Below are positions 9,203-18,022 of a stretch of 64,000 nt of DNA, one piece after another. Within the stretch, counting starts at the first letter, position 1, and the number at the start of each line of letters is the position of its first letter. Origin of the DNA: an uncultured Anaerolineales bacterium. Its GTDB lineage: Bacteria > Planctomycetota > Phycisphaerae > FEN-1346. The notes beneath the pieces are model-generated. The model was not told where the DNA came from and did no database searches. It saw only the letters and a program-made list of their open reading frames with translations. A program made the position numbers and the translations under genes. The stretch covers positions 5,136 to 69,135 of the forward strand of contig CAZGKW010000007.1 in NCBI GenBank assembly GCA_964526295.1, read 5' to 3'.

Positions 9203-10429
9203 ATGGACGCCTACAGGACAACGAGGACGTTTGGGAGGTTGATCGGGGCGGGTTCGGTGGTTCTGGCGGCCGCCGCGGTGGCCCTTGGGAGCGGTGGATG
9301 CACGCCTGAGTCGCACCAGGCGGGACAGGCAGGATCGAAGGACATCGTCGAGCTGGCGGTGGCGGCCGGCGACTTCGAGACGCTGACGGCTGCGGCCAAG
9401 GCGGCCGGCCTCGTCGACGCGCTCAAGGGGCCCGGGCCGTTCACCGTGTTCGCCCCCACCGACGCCGCTTTCGCGAAGCTGCCCGAGGGCACCGTCGAGT
9501 CGCTCCTGGGGCCCGAGAACCGGGGCAAGCTGGCGGCCATCCTCAAGTACCACGTCGTCCCCGGCCGCGTAACGGCCGCCGACGTGGTGAAGCTCTCCGG
9601 CGCGGCGACCCTGAACGGTCAGCGCATCGAGATCAAGGCCGCCGGCGGCAAGGTCATGGTCGACGGGGCGACCGTCACCAAGACCGACATCTTCGCCTCC
9701 AACGGCGTGATCCACGTGATCGACGCGGTCCTCCTCCCCGCGAGCGACGACATCGTCACGACCGCCGTCAAGGCCGGCAGCTTCAGCACCCTGGCCGCGG
9801 CCCTCAAGGCGGCCGGGCTGATCGACACCCTGAAGGGCGAAGGCCCGTTCACCGTGTTCGCCCCGACCGATACGGCCTTCGCCAGGCTGCCGGCCGGGAC
9901 GGTCGAGTCGCTGCTCGAGCCCGAGAACCGGGAGAAGCTGGCCGCGATCCTCACCTATCACGTGGTGCCGGGCCGGGTCTACGCCGAGGACGCCCTCGCC
10001 GCCAAGAAAGCCGGCACGGTCGGCGGGCCGCCCCTGCGGTTCGCCAGCAAGGGCGGCGCCGTCCGCGTCAACGGGGCGACCGTCGTCCTGGCCGACCTCG
10101 ACGCCTCCAACGGCGTCATCCACGTGATCGACTCGGTCCTGCTGCCGCCCGAAAGGCAGGCCCGGGGCCCGTCGGCCCGCGATGAGATCGTCACGGCCAT
10201 CGGGCACGGCTCCAGGATGTACAACGCCGGCCACCACGCCGCGTGTGCCGATCTGTACGAGAAGACGGCCCTGGAACTGGCCCACGCCCGGCCGTCGGAG
10301 CTGACCGCCGGCATGCGTCAGCACCTGATGGCGAGCGTGGAGCGGAGCCGCGGGATGGATTCCGCCAGCGCCAGGGCCTGGCAGATGAGGCATGCATTGG
10401 ATGCCGCCCTGGCGTCGCTGGGCCGCTAG
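9203..10429 (+). CDS. fasciclin (FAS1) domain lipoprotein, two FAS1 repeats plus C-terminal helical domain
   Basis: Signal peptide plus GSGGC lipobox. Two ~130-aa units contain [21 protein letters not shown]...L..IL.YHVVPG and [14 protein letters not shown], the canonical FAS1 H1/H2 motifs. Confidence 0.85.
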   Translation: MDAYRTTRTFGRLIGAGSVVLAAAAVALGSGGCTPESHQAGQAGSKDIVELAVAAGDFETLTAAAKAAGLVDALKGPGPFTVFAPTDAAFAKLPEGTVESLLGPENRGKLAAILKYHVVPGRVTAADVVKLSGAATLNGQRIEIKAAGGKVMVDGATVTKTDIFASNGVIHVIDAVLLPASDDIVTTAVKAGSFSTLAAALKAAGLIDTLKGEGPFTVFAPTDTAFARLPAGTVESLLEPENREKLAAILTYHVVPGRVYAEDALAAKKAGTVGGPPLRFASKGGAVRVNGATVVLADLDASNGVIHVIDSVLLPPERQARGPSARDEIVTAIGHGSRMYNAGHHAACADLYEKTALELAHARPSELTAGMRQHLMASVERSRGMDSASARAWQMRHALDAALASLGR

Positions 10430-10566
10430 GCCCGTTCCCATCGAGCGGCGCCAGGGTCCAGCCGGGCAATGCCCAGGCGACGTCCAGACCGGGACGCTCC
10501 CCGCGTCCCGGTCTCTGCTTCGCTCGCGTTCGCCCCGGATCCCGGCCCGTTCGGCCGGACGAGAAA

Positions 10567-10595
10567 TTGACACACCGTACGCGAAGCTCGACAAT
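10567..10595 (+). promoter_or_regulatory. candidate sigma70-type promoter upstream of ECF sigma gene
   Basis: TTGACA (10567-10572), then a 17-nt spacer, then GACAAT. This sits 24 nt upstream of the GTG start at 10619. Confidence 0.3.
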
Positions 10596-10618
10596 GGCAA
10601 GCGGCACGCACGGGGGCC

Positions 10619-11200
10619 GTGTGCTACGGAGGGGCAGTCATCGTCGCCCAGCCGGCTACCTCGACGCTCCAGCGGATCGCCGACGGCGACGCCGCCGCCG
10701 TCCGCGAGGGCATGGAGCGGTTTGGCGGCCTCGTCTGGTCGCTGGCCCGGCGGCTCCTTGCGAACCCCGTCGACGCCGAGGACGCCGTTCAGGAGATCTT
10801 CATCGACCTCTGGCGAAGTGCCGACCGGTTCGACCCGTCGGCCGGGTCGGAGACGGCGTTCGTGGCGACGATCGCCAGGCGCCGCCTCATCGACCGGCAC
10901 CGCCGCCGCGGGCGGCGCATCGAGACCGTCCCCCTGGACGAGCGGCTGCCTCACCCGGCGAGCGAGACGGCCAATCCCGTCGACGCCCGCGACGAGGCCG
11001 ACCGGGCCCGGGAGCACCTCTCGCGCCTCCGGCTGGACGAGCGGCGGGTCATCGAGCTGTCGGTCTACGAGGGCCTGTCGCAGAGTGAGATCGCCGCCGC
11101 CACCGACCTGCCCCTCGGCACCGTCAAGACCCACGCCCGGCGGGGCCTGGCGAGGCTGCGGCGCCTCGTCGGCGAGGACCCCCCCGACACAGGCGACTGA
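10619..11200 (+). CDS. RNA polymerase ECF-type sigma-70 factor
   Basis: GTG start. Region 2 reads VWSLARRLLANPVDAEDAVQEIFIDLWRSADRFDP, and region 4 reads LSQSEIAAATDLPLGTVKTHARRGLARLR. Confidence 0.85.
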   Translation: MCYGGAVIVAQPATSTLQRIADGDAAAVREGMERFGGLVWSLARRLLANPVDAEDAVQEIFIDLWRSADRFDPSAGSETAFVATIARRRLIDRHRRRGRRIETVPLDERLPHPASETANPVDARDEADRAREHLSRLRLDERRVIELSVYEGLSQSEIAAATDLPLGTVKTHARRGLARLRRLVGEDPPDTGD

Positions 11201-11243
11201 CTCCGGCGGCGGCGCGTCGCCTCGGAGAAAGCGGAGACGACCC

Positions 11244-12326
11244 ATGAGCGAGCCGCGCGTGCTCCTGGCCACGGTCCTTGGCGAGGCGAGCGGGGCCTTG
11301 GCCGCCTATGCCGCCGGCGATCTGCTTGAGCGCCGGCCCGAGGCGGCCGAGGCGTTCGAGGCCGATCCCGCGGCGGGATGGCGAGGGTTTTTGGCCAAGC
11401 GGCTGCGGGACCTGGCGGCCTCGGCGGCCCACGGCGAGGCGGCGCTTTTCGTCTCGCAGGTCCAGTGGGCGGGTGCGGCGTTCGCCGCCCGCGGCGTGGA
11501 CCTGGAGCACCTCCGGGTCGCCCTGGAGGCGGTCGGCGGGGTGCTGGCGGCGGAGCTGCCCGTCCCGGCCCGGCCGCCGGCGGCCGAGTACGTCTCGGCG
11601 GCGCTGGAGGCCCTGGAGGCGGGTCCGCCGGACCTGCCGACGGAACTCTCGCCCGAGACGCCGGACGGCCGGCTCGCCCTGGCGTATATCCTGGCCCTGC
11701 TGGAGGGCGACGCCCGGCGGGCGACGGCCCTCATCTTGGAGGTCGCCGAGGACGGCCGCTCGCCGCCGGACCTGTACCTGAACGTCCTGGCGCCGGCGCT
11801 GCGGGATGTGGGACGGATGTGGCTGGCCGGCGAGGTCAGCATCGGCGAGGAGCACTTCGTCACGGCGACGACGAAGACGGTCATCTGCCGGCTGCTCGCA
11901 CTGGCCGAGTTCGGCCCGCCCAACGGCAAGACCGTGGTGGCGGCCTGCGTCCAGGGAAACCGGCACGACGTCGCCGTCCAGCTCCTGGCGGCCCTGTTCG
12001 AGATGGACGGCTGGCGGGTCGTGGCGCTGGGCGCCGACGCGCCGGTGCCGGACGTCGTCGCGGCGTCGGCCGACTTCGAGGCCGACCTGGTGGTCCTCTC
12101 GGCCGCCCTGACGTCGCAGCTCGGCGTCCTGGAGCGGACCGTCCGGACGGTGAAACGGAACGCCCCGGCGGCCGGGGTGAAGGTCCTGGTGGGCGGGGCC
12201 GTCTTTCGGAAGGTGCCGACGCTGACGGGGCGGCTCGGGGCGGACGCGTGCAGCGACGACGTCGCCGAGGCGGTCCATCTCGGCCGCCGCCTGGTCGGCC
12301 TGCCGACGCACTACGAGGAGGCTTGA
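11244..12326 (+). CDS. cobalamin (B12)-binding domain protein, possible light/B12-responsive partner of the ECF sigma
   Basis: ATG at 11244 after GCGGAGA. The C-terminal half reads ...LAPALRDVGRMWLAGEVSIGEEHFVTATTKTVI... (B12-binding_2 helical bundle), then KTVVAACVQGNRHDVAVQLLAALFEMDGWRVVALGADAPVPDVV (Rossmann B12-binding module). The N-terminal long part of track ORF 10392..12326 is a spurious extension. Confidence 0.7.
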   Translation: MSEPRVLLATVLGEASGALAAYAAGDLLERRPEAAEAFEADPAAGWRGFLAKRLRDLAASAAHGEAALFVSQVQWAGAAFAARGVDLEHLRVALEAVGGVLAAELPVPARPPAAEYVSAALEALEAGPPDLPTELSPETPDGRLALAYILALLEGDARRATALILEVAEDGRSPPDLYLNVLAPALRDVGRMWLAGEVSIGEEHFVTATTKTVICRLLALAEFGPPNGKTVVAACVQGNRHDVAVQLLAALFEMDGWRVVALGADAPVPDVVAASADFEADLVVLSAALTSQLGVLERTVRTVKRNAPAAGVKVLVGGAVFRKVPTLTGRLGADACSDDVAEAVHLGRRLVGLPTHYEEA

Positions 12327-12327
12327 G

Positions 12328-14256
12328 ATGAGAGGACACCCCCCGATGCGGTCGAGATGGCAGAAAAGGCGAGCAGGACGGTGGATCGGGGCAGCGCTTG
12401 TCGCAGCGGCGCTGGCCGCCGGCGGCGATGACGTTCGGGCCGCATCCCCCTGGGACGCCGCCAACGAGGACACCTGGCGGTTCCCGCCCTCGATGAAGGT
12501 CGTCGACGTCAAGGAAGCGTTCGGCGCCGTCGGCGACGGCCGGCACGACGACACGGACGCCCTCAAGCGGGCCTTCGACCAGCGAAACGCATTCGTCTAC
12601 CTCCCGAACGGCACCTACCTGGTGCGGGACCGCATCCAGTACACCCAGGGCCCGAGCATCGGCCCGACCATCCAGGGGGAGAGCCGCGACGGCGTCGTCA
12701 TCAAGCTGGCCGACGATGCTCCCGGCTTCGACGATCCGAAGGACCCCCGGGCGGTCGTCCGGCTGATCCGCGACGGCAAAGTCTCGGCCGACTACTTCAA
12801 GATCAAGCTGCGGAACCTGACCATCGACGCGGGTCGGCACCGCGGGGCGATCGGCCTGATGTTCTACGCCAACAACAACGGGCAGTGCCGCAGCGTCCGC
12901 ATCGTCGGCCGGGGGGCGATCGGCCTGGACCTCTCCTATCAGCTCAACGGGCCGCTCCTGGTGAGCAACGTCGAGATCGACGGGTTCGACGTCGGCATCA
13001 AGGGCGGCTCGGGACCGTACAACTCGCAGACCCTCGAACACGTCGTCCTGAGGAACCAGCGCGAGTGGGGCGTCTACAACGACGGCGAGTGCCTCTCGAT
13101 CCGCGGCTTACGCAGCACGAACACGTGCCCGGCCGTCTTCACCCGCGGCGGCAGCATGGTGCTCATCGATTCGGAGCTGGTCGGCGGGGCGGCCAACAGC
13201 GCGGCCGTTACCTGCGCCGGGCAGCTCTTCGTCCGGGACCTGAAGACGGCCGGGTACGGCCGGGCCATCCAGAGGCACGCCTACGACCGCCGCCGGGGCC
13301 TCGGCCCGGCCGAAGGGTCGCCCGTCCCCGGCGGGACCGTCGCCGAGTGGACCAGCCACCCGCCGGCGAGCGCGTGGAGGGAGCCCGGAATTAAGTCCCT
13401 GAATCTGCCTGTCGAAGAGGCCCCCTACGTCCCGCTGGAGAAGGACTTCGACCGGTGGGTCTGCGTCGACGACTTCGGGGCCGACGGCTCGGACAAACAG
13501 GACGATACGGCCGCCGTCCGGAAGGCGTTCGATCACGCGGTCGTGACCGGCAAGTCGGTGGTCTCGTTCGCCGCGAACGGCCGCTACATCGTGAACGGCG
13601 AGCTGGTCGTCCGCGGGCCGATCGCCCGCCTCCAGGGGGCGAACTCGTACCTGACGACCGGCCGGGGCGAGGCGCTGAGAATCCGCGTCGAGGACGGCCC
13701 GCCGCCGGTGGTCGTCTTCGACCTTCTCGACCGGCCGCTGGGGCGCATCGCGATCACGATCGAGAACGCCTCGTCCCGGACGCTGGTCGTCAACAACTTC
13801 CGCGGCGAGCTGGTCGGGTCCGGCCCGGGCAAGACCTTCCTCGAGGACGCCTGCTCGAACGTCTGGATCACCCATCCGAAGCACCGGTGCTGGGTCCGCC
13901 AGCTCAACTCCGAGCGCCGCGGCGCCCGCGACGGGGTGAACAACCACAACCAGGGCGGCACGTTGTGGGTCCTGAGCCTCAAGACCGAGGGGCAGAACCT
14001 GCTGGTCAAGACGACCGGCGGCGGACGGACCGAGGTCCTCGGCGGATGGGTCTACGTCCTGGGAAAAGAGGTCCCGACGAATCCCATGTTCCAGATCGTC
14101 GATGCGAAGGCCTCGTTCGCCGGCATCGCCCAGTGGCACTACAGGGGCATGACGTACCCCGTCCTCCTGGACGAGACGCAGGGCGGCCAGCACCGGCAGG
14201 TCACGAAGGAGTCGAACGGCGGCCGGGCCTCGTTTACACTCGTGACCTCGAAGTGA
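12328..14256 (+). CDS. secreted right-handed beta-helix protein, pectate-lyase superfamily / GH55-like (two tandem beta-helix modules)
   Basis: Signal peptide. There are two copies of the N-terminal motif ...FGA.GDG..DDT.A...AFD (DGRHDDTDALKRAF and DGSDKQDDTAAVRKAF), which is typical of Pectate_lyase_3/GH55 exo-glycanases. Confidence 0.7.
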   Translation: MRGHPPMRSRWQKRRAGRWIGAALVAAALAAGGDDVRAASPWDAANEDTWRFPPSMKVVDVKEAFGAVGDGRHDDTDALKRAFDQRNAFVYLPNGTYLVRDRIQYTQGPSIGPTIQGESRDGVVIKLADDAPGFDDPKDPRAVVRLIRDGKVSADYFKIKLRNLTIDAGRHRGAIGLMFYANNNGQCRSVRIVGRGAIGLDLSYQLNGPLLVSNVEIDGFDVGIKGGSGPYNSQTLEHVVLRNQREWGVYNDGECLSIRGLRSTNTCPAVFTRGGSMVLIDSELVGGAANSAAVTCAGQLFVRDLKTAGYGRAIQRHAYDRRRGLGPAEGSPVPGGTVAEWTSHPPASAWREPGIKSLNLPVEEAPYVPLEKDFDRWVCVDDFGADGSDKQDDTAAVRKAFDHAVVTGKSVVSFAANGRYIVNGELVVRGPIARLQGANSYLTTGRGEALRIRVEDGPPPVVVFDLLDRPLGRIAITIENASSRTLVVNNFRGELVGSGPGKTFLEDACSNVWITHPKHRCWVRQLNSERRGARDGVNNHNQGGTLWVLSLKTEGQNLLVKTTGGGRTEVLGGWVYVLGKEVPTNPMFQIVDAKASFAGIAQWHYRGMTYPVLLDETQGGQHRQVTKESNGGRASFTLVTSK

Positions 14257-14314
14257 GGGCGACCCGGCGGCGGGGGGCGGCCGGCACGGGACCGATGGGC
14301 GGAAAGGGACACCC

Positions 14315-15259
14315 GTGACGAACTTTCTGGGCCTCGAACCCCCAGATGAGGGCGGCCCGGCGGCGGCGCGGTTCGCCGTCCTGCCCGTCCCATACGAGGC
14401 GACGGTCACGTACGAGCGCGGCACGGCCGACGGGCCCGCCGCCATCCTGCGGGCGTCCGAGCAGGTCGAGTTGTACGACGAAGAGCTGGGCGTCGAGTTT
14501 CCCCGGGGGGGCGTCGCCACGCTGCCGCCGGTGAGCTTCGCCGAGCCCGGCCCCGCCCCCGAAAAAGACACTAAGTGTCTTTTCCTCCGAAGGAGCCCGG
14601 CGGGTGCTCCGCAGAAAAGACACTTAGTGTCTTTTTCGGGGGGTTTGCGGCGGGTCCGGGAGGCGGCGCTGCCCCTGATGGAGGCGGGGCAATTCGTCCT
14701 GGCCCTCGGCGGCGAGCACAGCATCACCGTCCCGCTCGTCGAGGCGGCTGCCGAGGCCTTCGGCCCCTTGAGCGTCCTCCAGATCGACGCCCACGCCGAC
14801 CTCCGCGACACGTACGACGACACGCCGCACTCGCACGCCTGCGTTATGCGGCGGGTCCTGGAGGTGACGGACCGCATGTGCCAGGTGGGCGTCCGGAGCT
14901 ACTCGAAGGAGGAGGCGGACGCGTGCCCCGAGGCGATCGGGCGGCTCATCACGCCGGCCATGATTCGCCGGGACCCGGACTGGATCGACCGGGCCCTCGA
15001 CCTGCTCACCGGGCGGGTCTACGTGACGGTGGACATGGACGGGCTGGACCCGTCTCTCGCCCCGGGCGTCGGGACGCCCGAGCCGGGGGGCCTTTCGTGG
15101 GAGGAGGTGACGGGGCTGCTCAGGCGCGTCGCGAGCGACCGGGAGGTCGTGGCGGCCGACGTGGTGGAGGTCCGGCCCATCCCGCCGCACCACGTGACGG
15201 AGTTCGTCGCGGCTCGCCTGGCGGCGAAGCTGATCGCCTACACCGAAGCGAGGCGGTAA
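14315..15259 (+). CDS. speB: agmatinase/arginase-family ureohydrolase carrying an in-frame 73-nt palindromic insertion
   Basis: GGEHSIT, IDAHADLRDTY, SHA and VDMDGLDPS metal-binding motifs identify the ureohydrolase family. The frame stays open across the inserted element at 14563-14635, which adds ...EKDTKCLFLRRSPAGAPQKRHLVSFSG... Confidence 0.8.
   Translation: MTNFLGLEPPDEGGPAAARFAVLPVPYEATVTYERGTADGPAAILRASEQVELYDEELGVEFPRGGVATLPPVSFAEPGPAPEKDTKCLFLRRSPAGAPQKRHLVSFSGGLRRVREAALPLMEAGQFVLALGGEHSITVPLVEAAAEAFGPLSVLQIDAHADLRDTYDDTPHSHACVMRRVLEVTDRMCQVGVRSYSKEEADACPEAIGRLITPAMIRRDPDWIDRALDLLTGRVYVTVDMDGLDPSLAPGVGTPEPGGLSWEEVTGLLRRVASDREVVAADVVEVRPIPPHHVTEFVAARLAAKLIAYTEARR
14563..14635. repeat. 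MITE-like element: two inverted copies of a 21-bp perfect palindrome flanking a 31-nt structured core
   Basis: AAAAGACACTaAGTGTCTTTT (14563-14583) and AAAAGACACTtAGTGTCTTTT (14615-14635). The spacer CCTCCGAAGGAGCCCGGCGGGTGCTCCGCAG has its own inverted repeats. The element is AT-rich in a GC-rich CDS. A third copy lies at 61335-61362. Confidence 0.7.
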
Positions 15260-15383
15260 CATGGCATAGGCGAGGTGCGGGGACCCGCCCCGCAGAACTC
15301 CTGGGCGCTGCCAAAGCCCACGGGTGGCGCCCCGTGGGCTGCCGTGCCGAATGCGGTCGGTGAGGATGTCCCCCTCGCCCCGC

Positions 15384-15406
15384 CCCTCTCCCGCCAAGTG
15401 AGAGGG
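15384..15406. repeat. GC-rich palindromic element between convergent genes (CCCTCTC-loop-GAGAGGG)
   Basis: CCCTCTCCCGCCAAGTGAGAGGG followed by AGGTGATGG. A near-identical element (CCCTCTCC-CACCA-GGGGAGAGGG then AGGTCATGG) lies at 51251-51273, and a related one at ~21308-21345. Confidence 0.5.
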
Positions 15407-15424
15407 AGGTGATGGGACAGCTTT

Positions 15425-16563
15425 TCAGCGGCTTCTCTTCGGCCCCTCCTTCGCCGCCTTCATGCTCACCAGCATGTCCCCGTCCCACTCGAACCGGAGC
15501 CGCGGCCGGGCCGGGGCCGGGTACCGGTCGAAGGCGTAGCCGGCCAGCAGCGGCAGCGAGACGCTGGGCTCGACCCAGGCCATGGCGAAACGGGCCTGGC
15601 GGTCGATCTTGCCCCACGACTGGGCCTCCCCCAGCGTCGAGCTCGACAGCCCCCCGTCCTGCGTCACCGCCGTCGTCACCTGGATGGCGTAGTCGTGGCC
15701 CCGCTCCTGGTTGAAGATGTAGGCCATGACGATCGAATCGTTGATGTAGTTCTTCGGGACGCCCCCGGCGACGTAGATGGCGGCGGTCTTCCTGCTCGCC
15801 AGGACGATCTGGACCAGCTCGTAGTTGTCGCGGATGGCGTCGATGGCGATCCCTGGGCGGCCCTCCTCCCGGCAGCGGTGGTAGTGGTGCGTCAGGCCGA
15901 TGCCGATCGACGAATCGTTCAGGGCCGGCGAGAACATCGGCACGCCGAGCCGGTGGCACTGGCCGACGATCGAGTCCGGGTCGTCCAGGTGCGAGCCGAG
16001 GAAGTCGAGGTAGGCCCGGCTGGAGGTGTTGCCCGGCTCCAGCTCGTCGGCCACCCGGCCGCACCACGTGTCGGTCTCCCAGAACTTCTCCTCGTCGACA
16101 TAGGTGTCGTAGATGCGGTCGATCCGAAGGTCGCGCAGCTCGACGTCGTCGGCCTCGGGCGTCCCGCGCCAGTGGCGGAAGCCCCGGGCCTGGTAGACGT
16201 CCTGGTAGAAGATGGCGCCGGTCGAGACGACGACGTCGACGTAGCCGCCGACCACGAGGTCTCGGATGACGCGCCTCAGGCCCGCAGCGATCAGCGGCCC
16301 GGCGAGGCCCAGGAAGACCGTCGGGCGGTCGGCGTCCTCGTACATCGCCGAGAGGACCCGGGCGCACGTCCCGACGTTGCGGGCCTGGATCGACATGCCG
16401 GCCATCCCGTCGACGAGGTCGGCGACCGTCATGCCGGGCCGGACGTGGGCGGCCTCGACGGGCCGGGACAGGATGCGGCGCTTCCGCCGCCGCTGGGCCG
16501 GGGGAAGGGGGCCGTAGGGGCCGGCCTCGGCGCCGGATTTCTTGCCGCTGCGCTTGCGTGCCA
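15425..16563 (-). CDS. deoxyhypusine synthase-family protein (homospermidine/deoxyhypusine synthase-like)
   Basis: ATG at 16563-16561 gives MARKRSGKKSG.... The body reads ...AGLRRVIRDLVVGGYVDVVVSTGAIFYQDV... and ...IYVAGGVPKNYINDS..., which is a DHS-like NAD-binding fold. The track ORF 15425..17026 runs on into the next gene's frame. Confidence 0.8.
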
Positions 16564-16581
16564 TGGGGCGGCCTCCCTCGA

Positions 16582-17139
16582 TCAGAGCAAGAACACGGCG
16601 GCGGCGATGGCGGTGGTCCATCGGCCGGTCGGATCGCCCTTGGCCGTCTGGACGCACGCCCGGGTCCGTACGATCTTGCCCGACATGCGATAGACTTCCT
16701 TGCGTTCGTCGTAGGCCTTCTCGGGGTCGAACTCGATGCCGAGGGTCGTGGCGAGCATGGTGGCGGCCATGTCCTCGACGAGGTCGGCGATCCGCCGCCG
16801 CTGCATGCCGAAACCGTGGTGCTCGCTGATGTAACCGTACTGGCTCCCCTCGGCGGGCTGGGCCAGGCCGAGGCCGGCCCCGATGAGCCGCGAGGGCTCG
16901 TCCGTGGCCGCCTCCGCCAGGACGAGGAACGTGATCTGCCCCGGCTGGAGCTGCATCAGGCCGCGGCCCTTGGGGATGACGCGGCAGCCGGGGGGGAGGA
17001 TGCTCGAGACGCGGACCAGGTTGCACTTCTCGATGCCGGCCTTTCGGAGGGCGAGCTCGAAGCTCTGGAGCCGGTTGCGGTGCCGGCCCACGCCTTGGGT
17101 GAAGAAGACCCGTCGAGGAACGAGAGGCTGTCGCTGCAT
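16582..17139 (-). CDS. pdaD: pyruvoyl-dependent arginine decarboxylase
   Basis: MQRQPLVPRRVFFTQGVGRHRNRLQSFELALRKAGIEKCNLVRVSSILPPGC... is the PdaD family signature, including the self-cleaving serine region. ATG at 17139-17137. Confidence 0.8.
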   Translation of the reverse strand: MQRQPLVPRRVFFTQGVGRHRNRLQSFELALRKAGIEKCNLVRVSSILPPGCRVIPKGRGLMQLQPGQITFLVLAEAATDEPSRLIGAGLGLAQPAEGSQYGYISEHHGFGMQRRRIADLVEDMAATMLATTLGIEFDPEKAYDERKEVYRMSGKIVRTRACVQTAKGDPTGRWTTAIAAAVFLL

Positions 17140-17518
17140 CGTTTCGCCCTCCGAATCATCTGAGAGGAAGGGGTTCGGCGCCGCCCCCGGCCGGGCTGGC
17201 GGTCCCCTGGAGATCGGCTGGGATGGCCGATGAGCGGGCCTTTGTAGCATCCGGGCGGGCCGGGAGCAAGCGCCGACTTGCCGCGGCCCGAGGGACAGCC
17301 CGGCCGGTCTCCCGCGAGGCGGCCCGCCGGTCTCGCCGGCCGGCCTTAGAAGACGCCCCCACCGCCGGGCAGGAGAAACTTCCACCGCGACGCGGGCCGC
17401 CACCCGATTCACGCCGTCCCGGCGCGGCCCTATCATGAATGAACGGATGGGGCCCCGCGGCCGGCAGCGTGTGTCGATCCGCTGCCGACCCGGCCCAAGA
17501 CAGGCGGGAGGCCGATCG

Positions 17519-17845
17519 ATGAAGACCATCACGAGAGACGAGCTGAAGCGGAAGATCGAGGAGAACGGCGACTTCGCCCTGGTCGAGGTGCTGGACAAGA
17601 AATATTTCGACAAATACCACCTTCCGGGCGCCATCAACGTGCCCGCCGACGAGCACTTCGAGGAGGCCATCCAGGAGGCCGTGCCGGACAAGGACACCCC
17701 GGTGGTCGTCTACTGCCTGAACACGCAGTGCTCGGCCTCGCCGCGGGCCGCCCGGCAGCTCGACCACCTCGGCTACGCAGAGGTCTACGACTACGAGGCC
17801 GGCAAGGAGGACTGGAAGGAGGCCGGCCTGCCGACCGAGTCCTGA
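17519..17845 (+). CDS. rhodanese-like sulfurtransferase domain protein
   Basis: ATG at 17519 after GGGAGG gives MKTITRDELKRKIEENGDFALVEVLD...VVVYCLNTQCSAS (active-site Cys loop). Confidence 0.8.
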   Translation: MKTITRDELKRKIEENGDFALVEVLDKKYFDKYHLPGAINVPADEHFEEAIQEAVPDKDTPVVVYCLNTQCSASPRAARQLDHLGYAEVYDYEAGKEDWKEAGLPTES

Positions 17846-18022
17846 GCACAGGCATCGCACCATCGTCACCCTGACGCCGACGCCCGGCGCTATTGGTATG
17901 CCGGTGGTTGGCCCGAGGCGCTTGGCACCGACGCCGGGCCTGCCTATACTTGCTTCGTAGTCCGTCCCGCGCGTCGTGTCGGGGCCGGACGCAAGGGGGA
18001 ACGCTCCGGGAAAGGAACGGCG

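Noticed and set aside
10392-11243. N-terminal 284 codons of track ORF 10392..12326 fused to the B12-binding protein
   Set aside because: This part overlaps the ECF sigma gene in another frame and is Ser/Arg/Pro low-complexity. The ATG at 11244 with an RBS is the credible start.
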